DNA from: Thermodesulfobacteriota bacterium
Lineage (GTDB): Bacteria; Desulfobacterota; BSN033; UBA1163
Reading direction: 5' to 3'
Assembly: GCA_036769565.1 (NCBI GenBank)
Contig: DAIPKW010000003.1
Span: 8,378-72,377, forward strand
Length of the DNA: 64,000 bases
Shown here: positions 20,473 through 31,772 of the stretch, one piece after another
Numbering within the stretch: position 1 is the stretch's first letter
Layout of the letters: each line of letters begins with the position of its first letter
Notes under the pieces: generated by a model
What the model was told of the DNA's origin: nothing
Database searches by the model: none
Seen by the model: the letters and a program-made list of their open reading frames with translations, nothing else
Program-made: the position numbers and the translations under genes

Positions 20473-21927
20473 ATGGTTTTAGAACTTAAGCAGACCCCCA
20501 AACTCGTTCAGCAGTTAGTGATAACCCCTCAGCTCCAACAGGCTATTCGGCTTCTTCAACTCACACGGCTGGAACTGGTGGACATGATTAGCCAGGAACT
20601 GAAAGAGAATCCCCTTCTTGAGGAGATCGAAGAGAAGGAGTCGCTCGACGAAGAAGACCAGGCAGGGCCCGAAGAGAATGTTGAGGAGCCGGTTCCCAGT
20701 ATTGAGATGACCTCGGAAGTGAAGGGAGAAGGAGAGGGGGCAGACGAGTTTGATTGGGAAAACTATCTTGAGAATTATAACCTCACCGCTCCAGTTCGGC
20801 AGAGAGAACAGGATGGAGAGGAGAGACCCTCTTTCGAAAACTATCTCACGAAAACGACCACCCTTTTTGACCATCTCCATTGGCAACTCCAGCTTTCTAA
20901 TCTAACCGAAGAAGAACTGGCTGCAGGGACATGGATCATTGGAAACCTCGATGAGGACGGCTATTTCAAGATGTCCCTGGAAGAGGTCAGTGCTGAAGCG
21001 GGTTTACCGGTTGAGGGTGTTGAGCGCGTCCTCAAAAAGATACAGCAATTTGATCCAGTTGGTGTGGCTGCCAGAGACTTAAAGGAATGCCTTCTCGTCC
21101 AGTTAAGCCAGCTATCCAATCGAGATCCGATTGCAGAAAAGATTATTCAGGAGCATCTCTCCTTATTGAAGAACCGTAACTACCCTGCTATTGCCAAACG
21201 TTTGGGTGTCTCGGTCGAGAGGGTGAATCGAGCTGCCTCCCTCATCTCGAGGTTAGAGCCCAAGCCGGGCAGGGCCTATGGGGGCGAGCTCGCCCAAGAT
21301 ATCATTCCTGACGTCTATGTCTATAAAGTAGAGGGTGAATATGTGGTTTCGTTAAATGACGAAGGGGTGCCTCGATTAAGGGTCAATTCCTATTATCGCC
21401 GAATCCTTGCGGAAGGCCTCTACGGCCAACCGGATGATCGAAAATATATCCAAGAAAAGTTGCGTTCTGCGCTCTGGTTGATCCGCAGCATTGATCAGCG
21501 TCAGAGGACGATTTATAAGGTGGCCAAGAGCATTGTCAAGTTTCAAAAGGACTTTCTGGATCAGGGGATTCAATATCTCAAACCTCTTGTCCTGAGAGAT
21601 GTGGCAGAGGATATTCAAATGCATGAGTCGACCATCAGCAGGGTCACCAGCAATAAGTATATGCATACCCCCCAAGGAATTTATGAGTTGAAATTTTTCT
21701 TCAATGCGGGCATCCCTTCCCTTCAGGGTGAGGTGATGGCTTCTGAGAGTGTAAAGAGCTTGCTCAGGGAGATCATCACCCGGGAAGATCCCAAGAGACC
21801 CTACAGTGATCAGAGACTGGTCCAGATGCTGAGAGAGAGAAACATCCATATTGCCCGGAGGACCGTTTCGAAATACCGTGAGACGATGAAGATCCTCTCT
21901 TCGAGTGAACGACGAAAGGTCGTGTGA
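20473..21927 (+). CDS. rpoN: RNA polymerase sigma-54 factor
   Basis: N-terminal Gln/Leu-rich region (PQLQQAIRLLQL), helix-turn-helix, and C-terminal RpoN box ARRTVSKYRE. Confidence 0.9.
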   Translation: MVLELKQTPKLVQQLVITPQLQQAIRLLQLTRLELVDMISQELKENPLLEEIEEKESLDEEDQAGPEENVEEPVPSIEMTSEVKGEGEGADEFDWENYLENYNLTAPVRQREQDGEERPSFENYLTKTTTLFDHLHWQLQLSNLTEEELAAGTWIIGNLDEDGYFKMSLEEVSAEAGLPVEGVERVLKKIQQFDPVGVAARDLKECLLVQLSQLSNRDPIAEKIIQEHLSLLKNRNYPAIAKRLGVSVERVNRAASLISRLEPKPGRAYGGELAQDIIPDVYVYKVEGEYVVSLNDEGVPRLRVNSYYRRILAEGLYGQPDDRKYIQEKLRSALWLIRSIDQRQRTIYKVAKSIVKFQKDFLDQGIQYLKPLVLRDVAEDIQMHESTISRVTSNKYMHTPQGIYELKFFFNAGIPSLQGEVMASESVKSLLREIITREDPKRPYSDQRLVQMLRERNIHIARRTVSKYRETMKILSSSERRKVV

Positions 21928-21996
21928 GAAGAGATGGGCAAAGGGCGAACGCGGAGAGACGAAGCACGAGGAGCGAAATGGTTTTTAAACAAGATA

Positions 21997-22158
21997 AACC
22001 CCCTTAGAAGAGCTTTGCCCTTCTAACGGGAATGCTCCCACGGGACATTAAGCCCTGTGTTCGCTAAGAGGGTAATTAACACATCCCCGCTGTAAGCCCC
22101 GATAGAAGCCAAGCTTCGCATGGGGGCAAGCGGCAGGGCTTTCTAACGAGGTAAAGGA
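21997..22158 (+). repeat. family-1 bipartite intergenic repeat, copy C (ends at the hpf RBS)
   Basis: ccttagaagagctttgcccttctaacggg...cacgggacattaagccctgtg...ccgatagaagccaagcttcgcatgggggcaagcggcagggctttctaacgaggtaaagg. Confidence 0.65.
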
Positions 22159-22166
22159 GAGCGCTG

Positions 22167-22709
22167 ATGCAGATTGCCGTGACGTTCAGACATATGGAGT
22201 CCGATGAGGGTGTAAAGGATTATGTGAAAGGAAAAGTCAAACGATTAAAGAAGTTCATTGAAAATCCGAGAGAGGCACATGTCGTACTTTCCGTTGAAAA
22301 ATTCCGACATTCTGCAGAGCTCACCATCGTTCGAGATGGACTCACCCTTAATAGTGAGGGGAGAGATAGAGATCTCTATGCGGCCATCGATCAGATGGTG
22401 GATAAGATGGAACGTCAGATTCGTGAGCGACGCCAAAAGGTGAAGCGGAAGCGGGGGAACCCCTTTCTTCAAGGGATTGAGACCTTCGAGAAAACAGTTT
22501 CTGAGAAAAGAATGGGATCAGCCAATATCTCTGCTCTCGTTCGAAGAAGACATATTCCTGCCAAACCCATGTCGATCGAAGAAGCCATGGCTCAATTGAA
22601 GCTTTCTGGAGAAGCCATCCTTTTCTTTATCAATTCCCAATCCGGAGAGATGAATGCCCTTCATCGAAAAGATGGCGAGTATGAGTGGATGGAGCCTTCC
22701 ATCGAATAG
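22167..22709 (+). CDS. hpf: ribosome hibernation-promoting factor (long form)
   Basis: Sigma-54 modulation protein / S30EA N-domain plus a C-terminal extension; downstream of rpoN as usual. Confidence 0.85.
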   Translation: MQIAVTFRHMESDEGVKDYVKGKVKRLKKFIENPREAHVVLSVEKFRHSAELTIVRDGLTLNSEGRDRDLYAAIDQMVDKMERQIRERRQKVKRKRGNPFLQGIETFEKTVSEKRMGSANISALVRRRHIPAKPMSIEEAMAQLKLSGEAILFFINSQSGEMNALHRKDGEYEWMEPSIE

Positions 22710-22745
22710 GATCGGGGAAGATTTTATCGGAATGGAAGGAGAAGA

Positions 22746-23207
22746 TTGAAGCTTCTTGACTTTCTGAAAGAGGAATGGGTTATTCCGGAACTCCACGGGA
22801 CGGATAAGCTCTCCGTCCTCAGAGAGCTTTCTGGAGTGCTGACCCAACCCTGCAAGGCCACATCTCCAGAAGAGCTTATCGAGGTTCTTTTAGAGAGGGA
22901 GAAACTCGGGTCCACAGGCATCGGAGAAGGGGTAGCGATCCCTCATTGCCGACTAAAAGGGCTCGATCGTTTCTGCATCTCCTTCGGACGTTCTAAGCAC
23001 GGGGTGGATTTCGATTCGATCGATCAGAAACCTTGCCACCTCTTCTTTATGGTGATGGCACCGGAGAATTCGGCAGTGGAGAATCTTAACCTCTTAGGCC
23101 GGATTGCGCGATTGCTGAAAGATCCCTCGTTTAAGAGAAAGCTGATGGGAGCCAAGACCCGGAAAGAGATCTATGAGATCATTTCCGACGAGGATGAACG
23201 GTATTAG
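22746..23207 (+). CDS. ptsN: PTS EIIA-Ntr (nitrogen-regulatory IIA)
   Basis: Active-site region GIGEGVAIPHCR; TTG start with an AAGGAGAAGA RBS. Confidence 0.8.
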   Translation: MKLLDFLKEEWVIPELHGTDKLSVLRELSGVLTQPCKATSPEELIEVLLEREKLGSTGIGEGVAIPHCRLKGLDRFCISFGRSKHGVDFDSIDQKPCHLFFMVMAPENSAVENLNLLGRIARLLKDPSFKRKLMGAKTRKEIYEIISDEDERY

Positions 23208-23218
23208 TTGAAGGAAAG

Positions 23219-23296
23219 CACCAAATCCCAAATGCCAACAACCAACCGACAGTCTGTTTGGGAACTTGACGATTAGATATTATTTGGTGTTTGGGA
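23219..23296. repeat. intergenic hairpin with arms built from degenerate CCAAAT(C) tandem units
   Basis: caccaaatcccaaatgccaacaaccaacc ... tatttggtgtttgggatttgggtttgggtg form an imperfect inverted repeat. Confidence 0.45.
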
Positions 23297-23361
23297 TTTG
23301 GGTTTGGGTGATTCTCTTTCATTGGGATGTTGATCGATTGCGAGTGGAATGGATATAGAAT

Positions 23362-24330
23362 ATGAGCGGTCTTGTGGTACAAGAGTTGGAACAGGATAGG
23401 GATTATCACCTTGGCCTGACCCTGATGGCAGGGCGGAAGGGATTGAAGAAGAAGATTACCCATCCTCAGGTACAGAAGATGGGATTGGCCATGACCGGTT
23501 ACACACGATTCATCAATCCCGAAAGGCTCCAGGTTATTGGAAACACAGAGGCGGCATACTTCCGGACTCTTACTCCCGAACTTCAAGAAAAGGTCATCCG
23601 GCAGATTTGCGCCATCGGTCTTTCCTGCGTTGTGGTTACGCGAAACCTTGAGATTCCTGAAATTTTTCTCCAGGAGGCAGACGAGAAGGAGATTCCGGTA
23701 TTTCGGACAAGCCTCAGTTCGACCGATTTTATCGATCGCATTACGAAGTTGTTGGAAGATAAGCTGGCTTCCACACAGAGCCTCCACGGAGTGCTGATGG
23801 ATGTCTTTGGGGTCGGTGTGCTGTTACTGGGAAAGAGCGGGATTGGGAAGAGTGAATGTGCTCTCGATCTCATTCTACGCGGCCATCGGTTGGTGGCGGA
23901 CGATATGGTTTCCATTCAGAAGCGTTCTCCCAATGTTCTGGTCGGGAGTGGTTTCGAAGTGATCCGACACCATATGGAGATTCGGGGACTTGGAATCATC
24001 AATATCCGGAGCCTCTTTGGGGTGGAGGCCATTCGGGAACGCAAGAAGGTTGAGCTAGTCTTGGAGCTCGTTGAATGGGACAATCAGCAGGAATATGACC
24101 GGCTTGGATTTGAGGAGGAGAAGTATACGATTTTAGGGGTGGATCTTCCGATGTTGAGAATCCCTGTGACTCCGGCGAGAAATTTAACAACGATCATCGA
24201 AGTCGCTGCGCGCAACCATCTTCTCAAAAAGATGGGATACGATTCCGCACTGGAATTTGAAAAGAAACTCCTTCATCAGATGGCAGAGAAGGGGGAGCAT
24301 AAACTTGAAGTTGAGGGCGAGGTGGAGTGA
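23362..24330 (+). CDS. hprK: HPr kinase/phosphorylase
   Basis: P-loop GKSGIGKSE and the HprK C-terminal domain. Confidence 0.85.
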   Translation: MSGLVVQELEQDRDYHLGLTLMAGRKGLKKKITHPQVQKMGLAMTGYTRFINPERLQVIGNTEAAYFRTLTPELQEKVIRQICAIGLSCVVVTRNLEIPEIFLQEADEKEIPVFRTSLSSTDFIDRITKLLEDKLASTQSLHGVLMDVFGVGVLLLGKSGIGKSECALDLILRGHRLVADDMVSIQKRSPNVLVGSGFEVIRHHMEIRGLGIINIRSLFGVEAIRERKKVELVLELVEWDNQQEYDRLGFEEEKYTILGVDLPMLRIPVTPARNLTTIIEVAARNHLLKKMGYDSALEFEKKLLHQMAEKGEHKLEVEGEVE

Positions 24331-25238
24331 AGACCCTTCGGGTGATTCTCATCAGTGGCCTTTCAGGATCAGGAAAGACAACGGCTATCAAGGCGTTAGA
24401 GGATATCGGATTCTATTGCGTTGACAATCTTCCCATCCTTCTTTTACCGAAGTTCCTCGAACTCTGCGAGCAGTCCGGAGGGAAAGTCTCAAAGGTGGCC
24501 GTGGTGGAGGATATTCGGGGAACAGAATCCTATCCCATCTCCGACCATGAGGGAGTGGATTTCTTTGAGGATTCGAGAAGGATCATCGAATCTCTCCGCA
24601 AGGAAGGTTATCCTGTTGAGATTCTCTTCTTGGATTCTTCGGACCCCATTCTGATGCGGCGTTTCAGCGAAACGAGACGTCAGCATCCCTTGGGTCGGGG
24701 TGGCTCGATTTTAGAGGGAATCCAGATCGAGAGAAAACAGCTTGCTGGAATACGGGATATGGCCAATCAGGTGATCGACACCTCCCAATTAAATGTCCAC
24801 GAGCTAAAGGAGAAGATTCAACAATATGCCCAGAAGGATTTGAAGGAAAGCCGGCTGACCGTCACCCTTCTCTCTTTTGGATACAGTTTTGGAGTTCCTT
24901 ATGAGGCCGATCTGCTCTTCGATGTCCGTTTTTTGCCCAACCCCTATTTTGTGGAAGGGCTGAAGCGACTGAAAGGAGATCATCCGGATATTGAGGCTTA
25001 TATTTTACACCAAAAGGAATCGATCGAGTTTTTGAATCGAACGCTCGATTTTATTCGATTCCTCCTTCCCTTCTATCTCCGAGAGAGGAGAACCCATCTG
25101 ACCATTGCGGTGGGGTGTACAGGAGGAAGGCATCGATCGATTGTCATCGTCAACCGGCTGGGGCAGATGTTGCACGAGGAGTTGCTGAAACAGGGCGTGT
25201 TCTTATCCGTGCGTCACCGGGACGCAGAGAGAGGGTGA
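24327..25238 (+). CDS. rapZ: RNase adapter protein RapZ (YhbJ)
   Basis: Walker A LISGLSGSGKTTA; GTG start overlaps the hprK stop. Confidence 0.85.
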   Translation: MKTLRVILISGLSGSGKTTAIKALEDIGFYCVDNLPILLLPKFLELCEQSGGKVSKVAVVEDIRGTESYPISDHEGVDFFEDSRRIIESLRKEGYPVEILFLDSSDPILMRRFSETRRQHPLGRGGSILEGIQIERKQLAGIRDMANQVIDTSQLNVHELKEKIQQYAQKDLKESRLTVTLLSFGYSFGVPYEADLLFDVRFLPNPYFVEGLKRLKGDHPDIEAYILHQKESIEFLNRTLDFIRFLLPFYLRERRTHLTIAVGCTGGRHRSIVIVNRLGQMLHEELLKQGVFLSVRHRDAERG

Positions 25239-25243
25239 TCGAG

Positions 25244-25660
25244 ATGGTCGGAGTCATTGTGGTCACACATTGTCGTCTGGGAGAGGAGCTTATCGCGGCT
25301 GCCGAGCTCGTGGTAGGGGAGGAGTTGAAACAGTTTCAGTCCGTATCGATCGATCCCAAGGAAGGATCGGAGGAGATTCGGGAAAAGATCATTTCAGCCA
25401 TCCGGAAAGTGGAAGGAGGAGAGGGAATATTGATCTTGACCGACATGTATGGAGGGACTCCGTCAAATATCAGCCTCTCTTTTCTGGAGGAGAAGAAGGT
25501 TGAGGTCATCACCGGTGTTAACCTGCCGATGTTGCTAAAATTGGCAACCTACCGGAACGATATGGACCTTGAAAGATTGGCCGTCTTTATCACGGATTAT
25601 GGCCAGCGAAATATCAATCTGGCCAGCGAGGTGCTAAAGAAGCGAGTGGAAAAGAAGTAG
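25244..25660 (+). CDS. PTS EIIA component, mannose/fructose family
   Basis: GVIVVTHCRLGEEL (active-site His near the N-terminus) and PTS_EIIA_2 length. The track ORF begins earlier; ATG 25244 gives the typical N-terminus. Confidence 0.7.
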   Translation: MVGVIVVTHCRLGEELIAAAELVVGEELKQFQSVSIDPKEGSEEIREKIISAIRKVEGGEGILILTDMYGGTPSNISLSFLEEKKVEVITGVNLPMLLKLATYRNDMDLERLAVFITDYGQRNINLASEVLKKRVEKK

Positions 25661-25721
25661 ACTGAGATTTAAAACTGTTCCCGATGAGGAACATCGGGAA
25701 GGAGACGGACGAAAAGAAGAG

Positions 25722-25988
25722 ATGGAAGTTCAGTCGTTTACCATTAAAAATAAGTTAGGACTTCATGCGAGGGCAGCAGCGTTATTGGTGAAGACGGCCA
25801 ACCGATTCGTTTCAGAAGTGAGCCTTGAGAAGGATGGGTTGGTCGTCAACGGAAAATCGATCATGGGGATTCTGATGTTAGCTGCCACCAAGGGAACACG
25901 GATTACACTTAAGGTGGAAGGGAAGGATGAGATCCAGGCAATCCAGACTCTGGGCAAACTGTTCGAAAATAAATTCGGTGAGGAATGA
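25722..25988 (+). CDS. ptsH: phosphocarrier protein HPr/NPr
   Basis: LGLHARAAALLV (His15 region) and 88 aa. Confidence 0.8.
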   Translation: MEVQSFTIKNKLGLHARAAALLVKTANRFVSEVSLEKDGLVVNGKSIMGILMLAATKGTRITLKVEGKDEIQAIQTLGKLFENKFGEE

Positions 25989-27781
25989 GGATGGCTATTC
26001 AGCAACAGATCAATAAGGTCATCCATGGCATTGGCGCTTCACCTGGGATCGTTAGCGGAAGGGCTTATCTGGTAGAACGGTACAAAGTTCGCCTACCCCA
26101 GAAGAGAATCGAGCCCTCCCGTGTGGATGAGGAAGTGGAGCGGTTTCTCAAGGCGATTGAGGAGGCGAAGAACCAGTTGAAGGAGGTCAAAGAGAGCATC
26201 TTGGATCCAGAGGTGAGGCAGCATGCTTTTATCCTCGATGTCCACCTGATGATACTGGACGATCAGATGTTGATCCAGAACACGATCGACAATATCCGTA
26301 AGAGGAAGGTCAATTCCGAGTGGGCCCTGGACCTCACCCTTGAAAAAATGGATTCTGCCTTTAAAACGATTGAGGATGAATATCTGAGAGAACGCCGAAG
26401 CGACCTCCATTATGTCTCAGCAAGGATTTTCCGAAACCTCATGGGGAAAAAGCATGATGATATCACCAAGATCAAAGGAAAGGTGATCGTGGTGGCTCAT
26501 GATCTCTCTCCTGCAGATACCCTTCAGATGCAATTAAGCCAGGTAGCAGGATTCATCACAGACATTGGTGGTAAGGTGTCCCATACGGCCATTCTGGCTC
26601 GGTCATTGGGCATACCCGCTGTGGTGGGTTTGGAGGTCGCCACCTCCCTGATCAATGGGGGAGATCTTTTAATCATTGATGGCGAGACCGGAGAGGTGGT
26701 GATCAATCCGACTGAAGAGACCTCCAAATCCTTTTTTGAAAGAAGAAAGCGGATCAAATCCATGGAAAGGGAGGTTTTGAAGTATGCCTCTCTACCGGCG
26801 GAGACCAGGGATGGCGTCCGAATTCATCTTCAAGCCAATATCGAAATGGTCGAAGAGATTTCTTCGGCAAAAAGCCATGGGGCGGAGGGGATCGGGCTCT
26901 ACCGGACAGAGATCCTCTATCTCAATCGAAAGAATCTGCCCACAGAGGAAGAACATTATCAGACGTATCGAAAGTTGGTGGAGAACATCTCCCCAGGTAC
27001 GGTCACCATTCGCACCTTGGACATCGGAGGCGATAAATTCCTTGACGGGTATCAAAAAGGTAACGAGATGAACCCTGCCATGGGGCTGAGAGCCATCCGG
27101 TTCAGTATCCGGGAGACCGATATCTTTAAGGCCCAATTGAGGGGAGTCTTGCGCGCCAGCGCGCACGGTAAGCTCAAGATCCTCTTCCCGATGATCTCGG
27201 GCATCGAGGAGATCCGAAGGGCCAAAGCGATCTTAGAAGAAGAGAAGAAGGGATTGGCCAAGGCCAGAATTCCTTTTGACCGTGGGGTCAAGATTGGAGC
27301 GATGATTGAAATTCCCTCTGCTTCAGTCATAGCAGACATCCTGGCCCGTGAGGTTGATTTCTTCAGCATTGGGACGAATGATCTCATCCAATATGCGCTG
27401 GCCGTGGATCGGATCAACGAACATGTCTCCTATCTTTATGAACCCCTTCATCCAGCTATTTTGAGAATCATCCGGAGCGTGGTCCAGTCTGCCAAAAACG
27501 CTGGGATTCCCACCGCAATTTGCGGAGAGATGGCTGCGGTGCCTTCTTATGTGTTAGTCTTAATGGGGTTGGGCTTGGAGGAATTTAGCATGCATCCGAT
27601 TGCCATCCCTAAGGTGAAAAGGGCACTGCGAATGGTGAGGGCCGAAGAGACGAAGACACTGGTCGAGCGATTATTCCAGTTTTCAACCCCAACGGAAATC
27701 AAACGCTATGTCCGAAAATGGATGGCCGAAAGATTTCCGGAGGAATTTTTTAAGTTAATTGCAGAGGATTTGAAAACATAG
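25985..27781 (+). CDS. ptsI: phosphoenolpyruvate-protein phosphotransferase (PTS enzyme I)
   Basis: Phosphohistidine domain GGKVSHTAILARSLGIPAVVG, PEP-utilising domain, TIM-barrel C-terminus; ATGA overlap with the HPr gene. Confidence 0.85.
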   Translation: MRMAIQQQINKVIHGIGASPGIVSGRAYLVERYKVRLPQKRIEPSRVDEEVERFLKAIEEAKNQLKEVKESILDPEVRQHAFILDVHLMILDDQMLIQNTIDNIRKRKVNSEWALDLTLEKMDSAFKTIEDEYLRERRSDLHYVSARIFRNLMGKKHDDITKIKGKVIVVAHDLSPADTLQMQLSQVAGFITDIGGKVSHTAILARSLGIPAVVGLEVATSLINGGDLLIIDGETGEVVINPTEETSKSFFERRKRIKSMEREVLKYASLPAETRDGVRIHLQANIEMVEEISSAKSHGAEGIGLYRTEILYLNRKNLPTEEEHYQTYRKLVENISPGTVTIRTLDIGGDKFLDGYQKGNEMNPAMGLRAIRFSIRETDIFKAQLRGVLRASAHGKLKILFPMISGIEEIRRAKAILEEEKKGLAKARIPFDRGVKIGAMIEIPSASVIADILAREVDFFSIGTNDLIQYALAVDRINEHVSYLYEPLHPAILRIIRSVVQSAKNAGIPTAICGEMAAVPSYVLVLMGLGLEEFSMHPIAIPKVKRALRMVRAEETKTLVERLFQFSTPTEIKRYVRKWMAERFPEEFFKLIAEDLKT

Positions 27782-27848
27782 ATTTTAAGAAGTGGAAGGG
27801 ATAGAAGATCGATCATTCTAACGTGGAAAACCAAAGGAGGAGAGCATT

Positions 27849-29012
27849 ATGTCGATGACCAATTTTTTATTCACCTCAGAATCGGTCACTGAGGGACATC
27901 CGGACAAGGTGGCCGATCAGATCTCCGATGCTATTCTGGATGCCATTATTGAACAGGATCCGAAGGCTCGGGTGGCCTGTGAGACGATGGTGACCACAGG
28001 AATGGCTATCATTGCAGGCGAAATCTCGACTTCCTGCTATGTGCATATGCCTGCCATTGTTCGAGAGACCATCAAAGAGATTGGATACAATGATTCTGCC
28101 ATGGGGTTTGATTGGGAGACCTGCGCGGTGATCACTTCGATTGATGAACAGTCGCCCGACATACGGATGGGAGTGGATGAGACAGAGGACCATGAGCAGG
28201 GAGCAGGCGATCAAGGGTTGATGTTCGGCTATGCCTGCAATGAGACACCTGAATTGATGCCCATGCCGATCATCTTCGCCCATCGGCTGACCCGAAGGTT
28301 AGCTGAGGTGAGAAAGAAAGGAATTCTCGATTTTCTCAGACCGGACGGGAAATCTCAGGTGACGATCCAGTATATCAATAATAGACCGACGAGGGTCGAT
28401 TCGGTGGTGATTGCCGCACAGCATTCGGAAAAGGTGAGCAACGAAACCTTAAGAGAAGGGATTATCGAAGAAGTGATCTTTAAGGTGATTCCTCCAGAAT
28501 TACGAGATAAGAACACCAAATATTATATCAACACCACTGGAAGATTTGTCCACGGAGGTCCCAAGGCGGACTGCGGTTTAACGGGTAGAAAGATCATCGT
28601 TGACACATACGGCGGTGTGGGAAGTCATGGGGGAGGTTGCTTTTCAGGGAAGGATCCATCGAAGATGGACCGAGGAGCCTCCTATATGGCCAGACATGTG
28701 GCCAAGAACATTGTTGCTGCAGGATTGGCCGAGAAATGTGAAGTCCAAATCGCCTATACCATTGGAAAGGCAAAACCGGTCTCTTTTATGATCGATACAG
28801 CCGGTACCTATAAAGTCCCTCCGGATGAGATCGCAAAGATCGCCATGGAACTTTTCGACCTGAGGCCCAAAGCCATCATTCAATATCTCGACCTTCTCAA
28901 GCCCATCTATAAACGGACCGCCTGCTATGGCCACTTTGGTCGAAACGAGCCTGGATTTACTTGGGAAAGCACCCATCGAGCCGAAGAGCTTAAAAGAGCG
29001 GCTGGATTGTAA
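27849..29012 (+). CDS. metK: S-adenosylmethionine synthetase
   Basis: [37 protein letters not shown] and [16 protein letters not shown]-like motifs. Confidence 0.9.
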   Translation: MSMTNFLFTSESVTEGHPDKVADQISDAILDAIIEQDPKARVACETMVTTGMAIIAGEISTSCYVHMPAIVRETIKEIGYNDSAMGFDWETCAVITSIDEQSPDIRMGVDETEDHEQGAGDQGLMFGYACNETPELMPMPIIFAHRLTRRLAEVRKKGILDFLRPDGKSQVTIQYINNRPTRVDSVVIAAQHSEKVSNETLREGIIEEVIFKVIPPELRDKNTKYYINTTGRFVHGGPKADCGLTGRKIIVDTYGGVGSHGGGCFSGKDPSKMDRGASYMARHVAKNIVAAGLAEKCEVQIAYTIGKAKPVSFMIDTAGTYKVPPDEIAKIAMELFDLRPKAIIQYLDLLKPIYKRTACYGHFGRNEPGFTWESTHRAEELKRAAGL

Positions 29013-29048
29013 TCTTAAGAGATGGGGAGTAGGGCGATTGGGAAATAA

Positions 29049-29146
29049 AATTCCAAATGACAAATTCCAAATCCCAAATAATCTCCAATCATCCAATCCG
29101 AAACGAATCTGTTTGGGATTTGGATTTCGGGAGTTGGGATTTCAGT
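29049..29146. repeat. intergenic hairpin with CCAAATCCCAAA-unit arms
   Basis: aaattccaaatgacaaattccaaatcccaaat ... gtttgggatttggatttcgggagttgggatttcag. Confidence 0.45.
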
Positions 29147-29151
29147 GCTGA

Positions 29152-31766
<2,615 letters not shown>

Positions 31767-31772
31767 GAATCC

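Noticed and set aside
23179-23787. 202-aa ORF antisense to hprK. Similar antisense ORFs lie opposite other strongly supported genes: 8075-8575 in recG, 19177-19677 in lptA, 21376-21849 in rpoN, 29614-30129 in ahcY, 30552-31064 in the MFP gene, 46687-47136, 53252-53695 and 39885-40565.
   Set aside because: Each sits opposite a gene with strong motif support. None has its own RBS or a recognisable domain. Such shadow ORFs are typical of GC-balanced coding sequence.
27782-27848. Possible SAM riboswitch ahead of metK, and T-box or other leaders ahead of hom and thrC
   Set aside because: The spacers are only 67-180 nt and show none of the conserved riboswitch cores. These are plain RBS-containing leaders.
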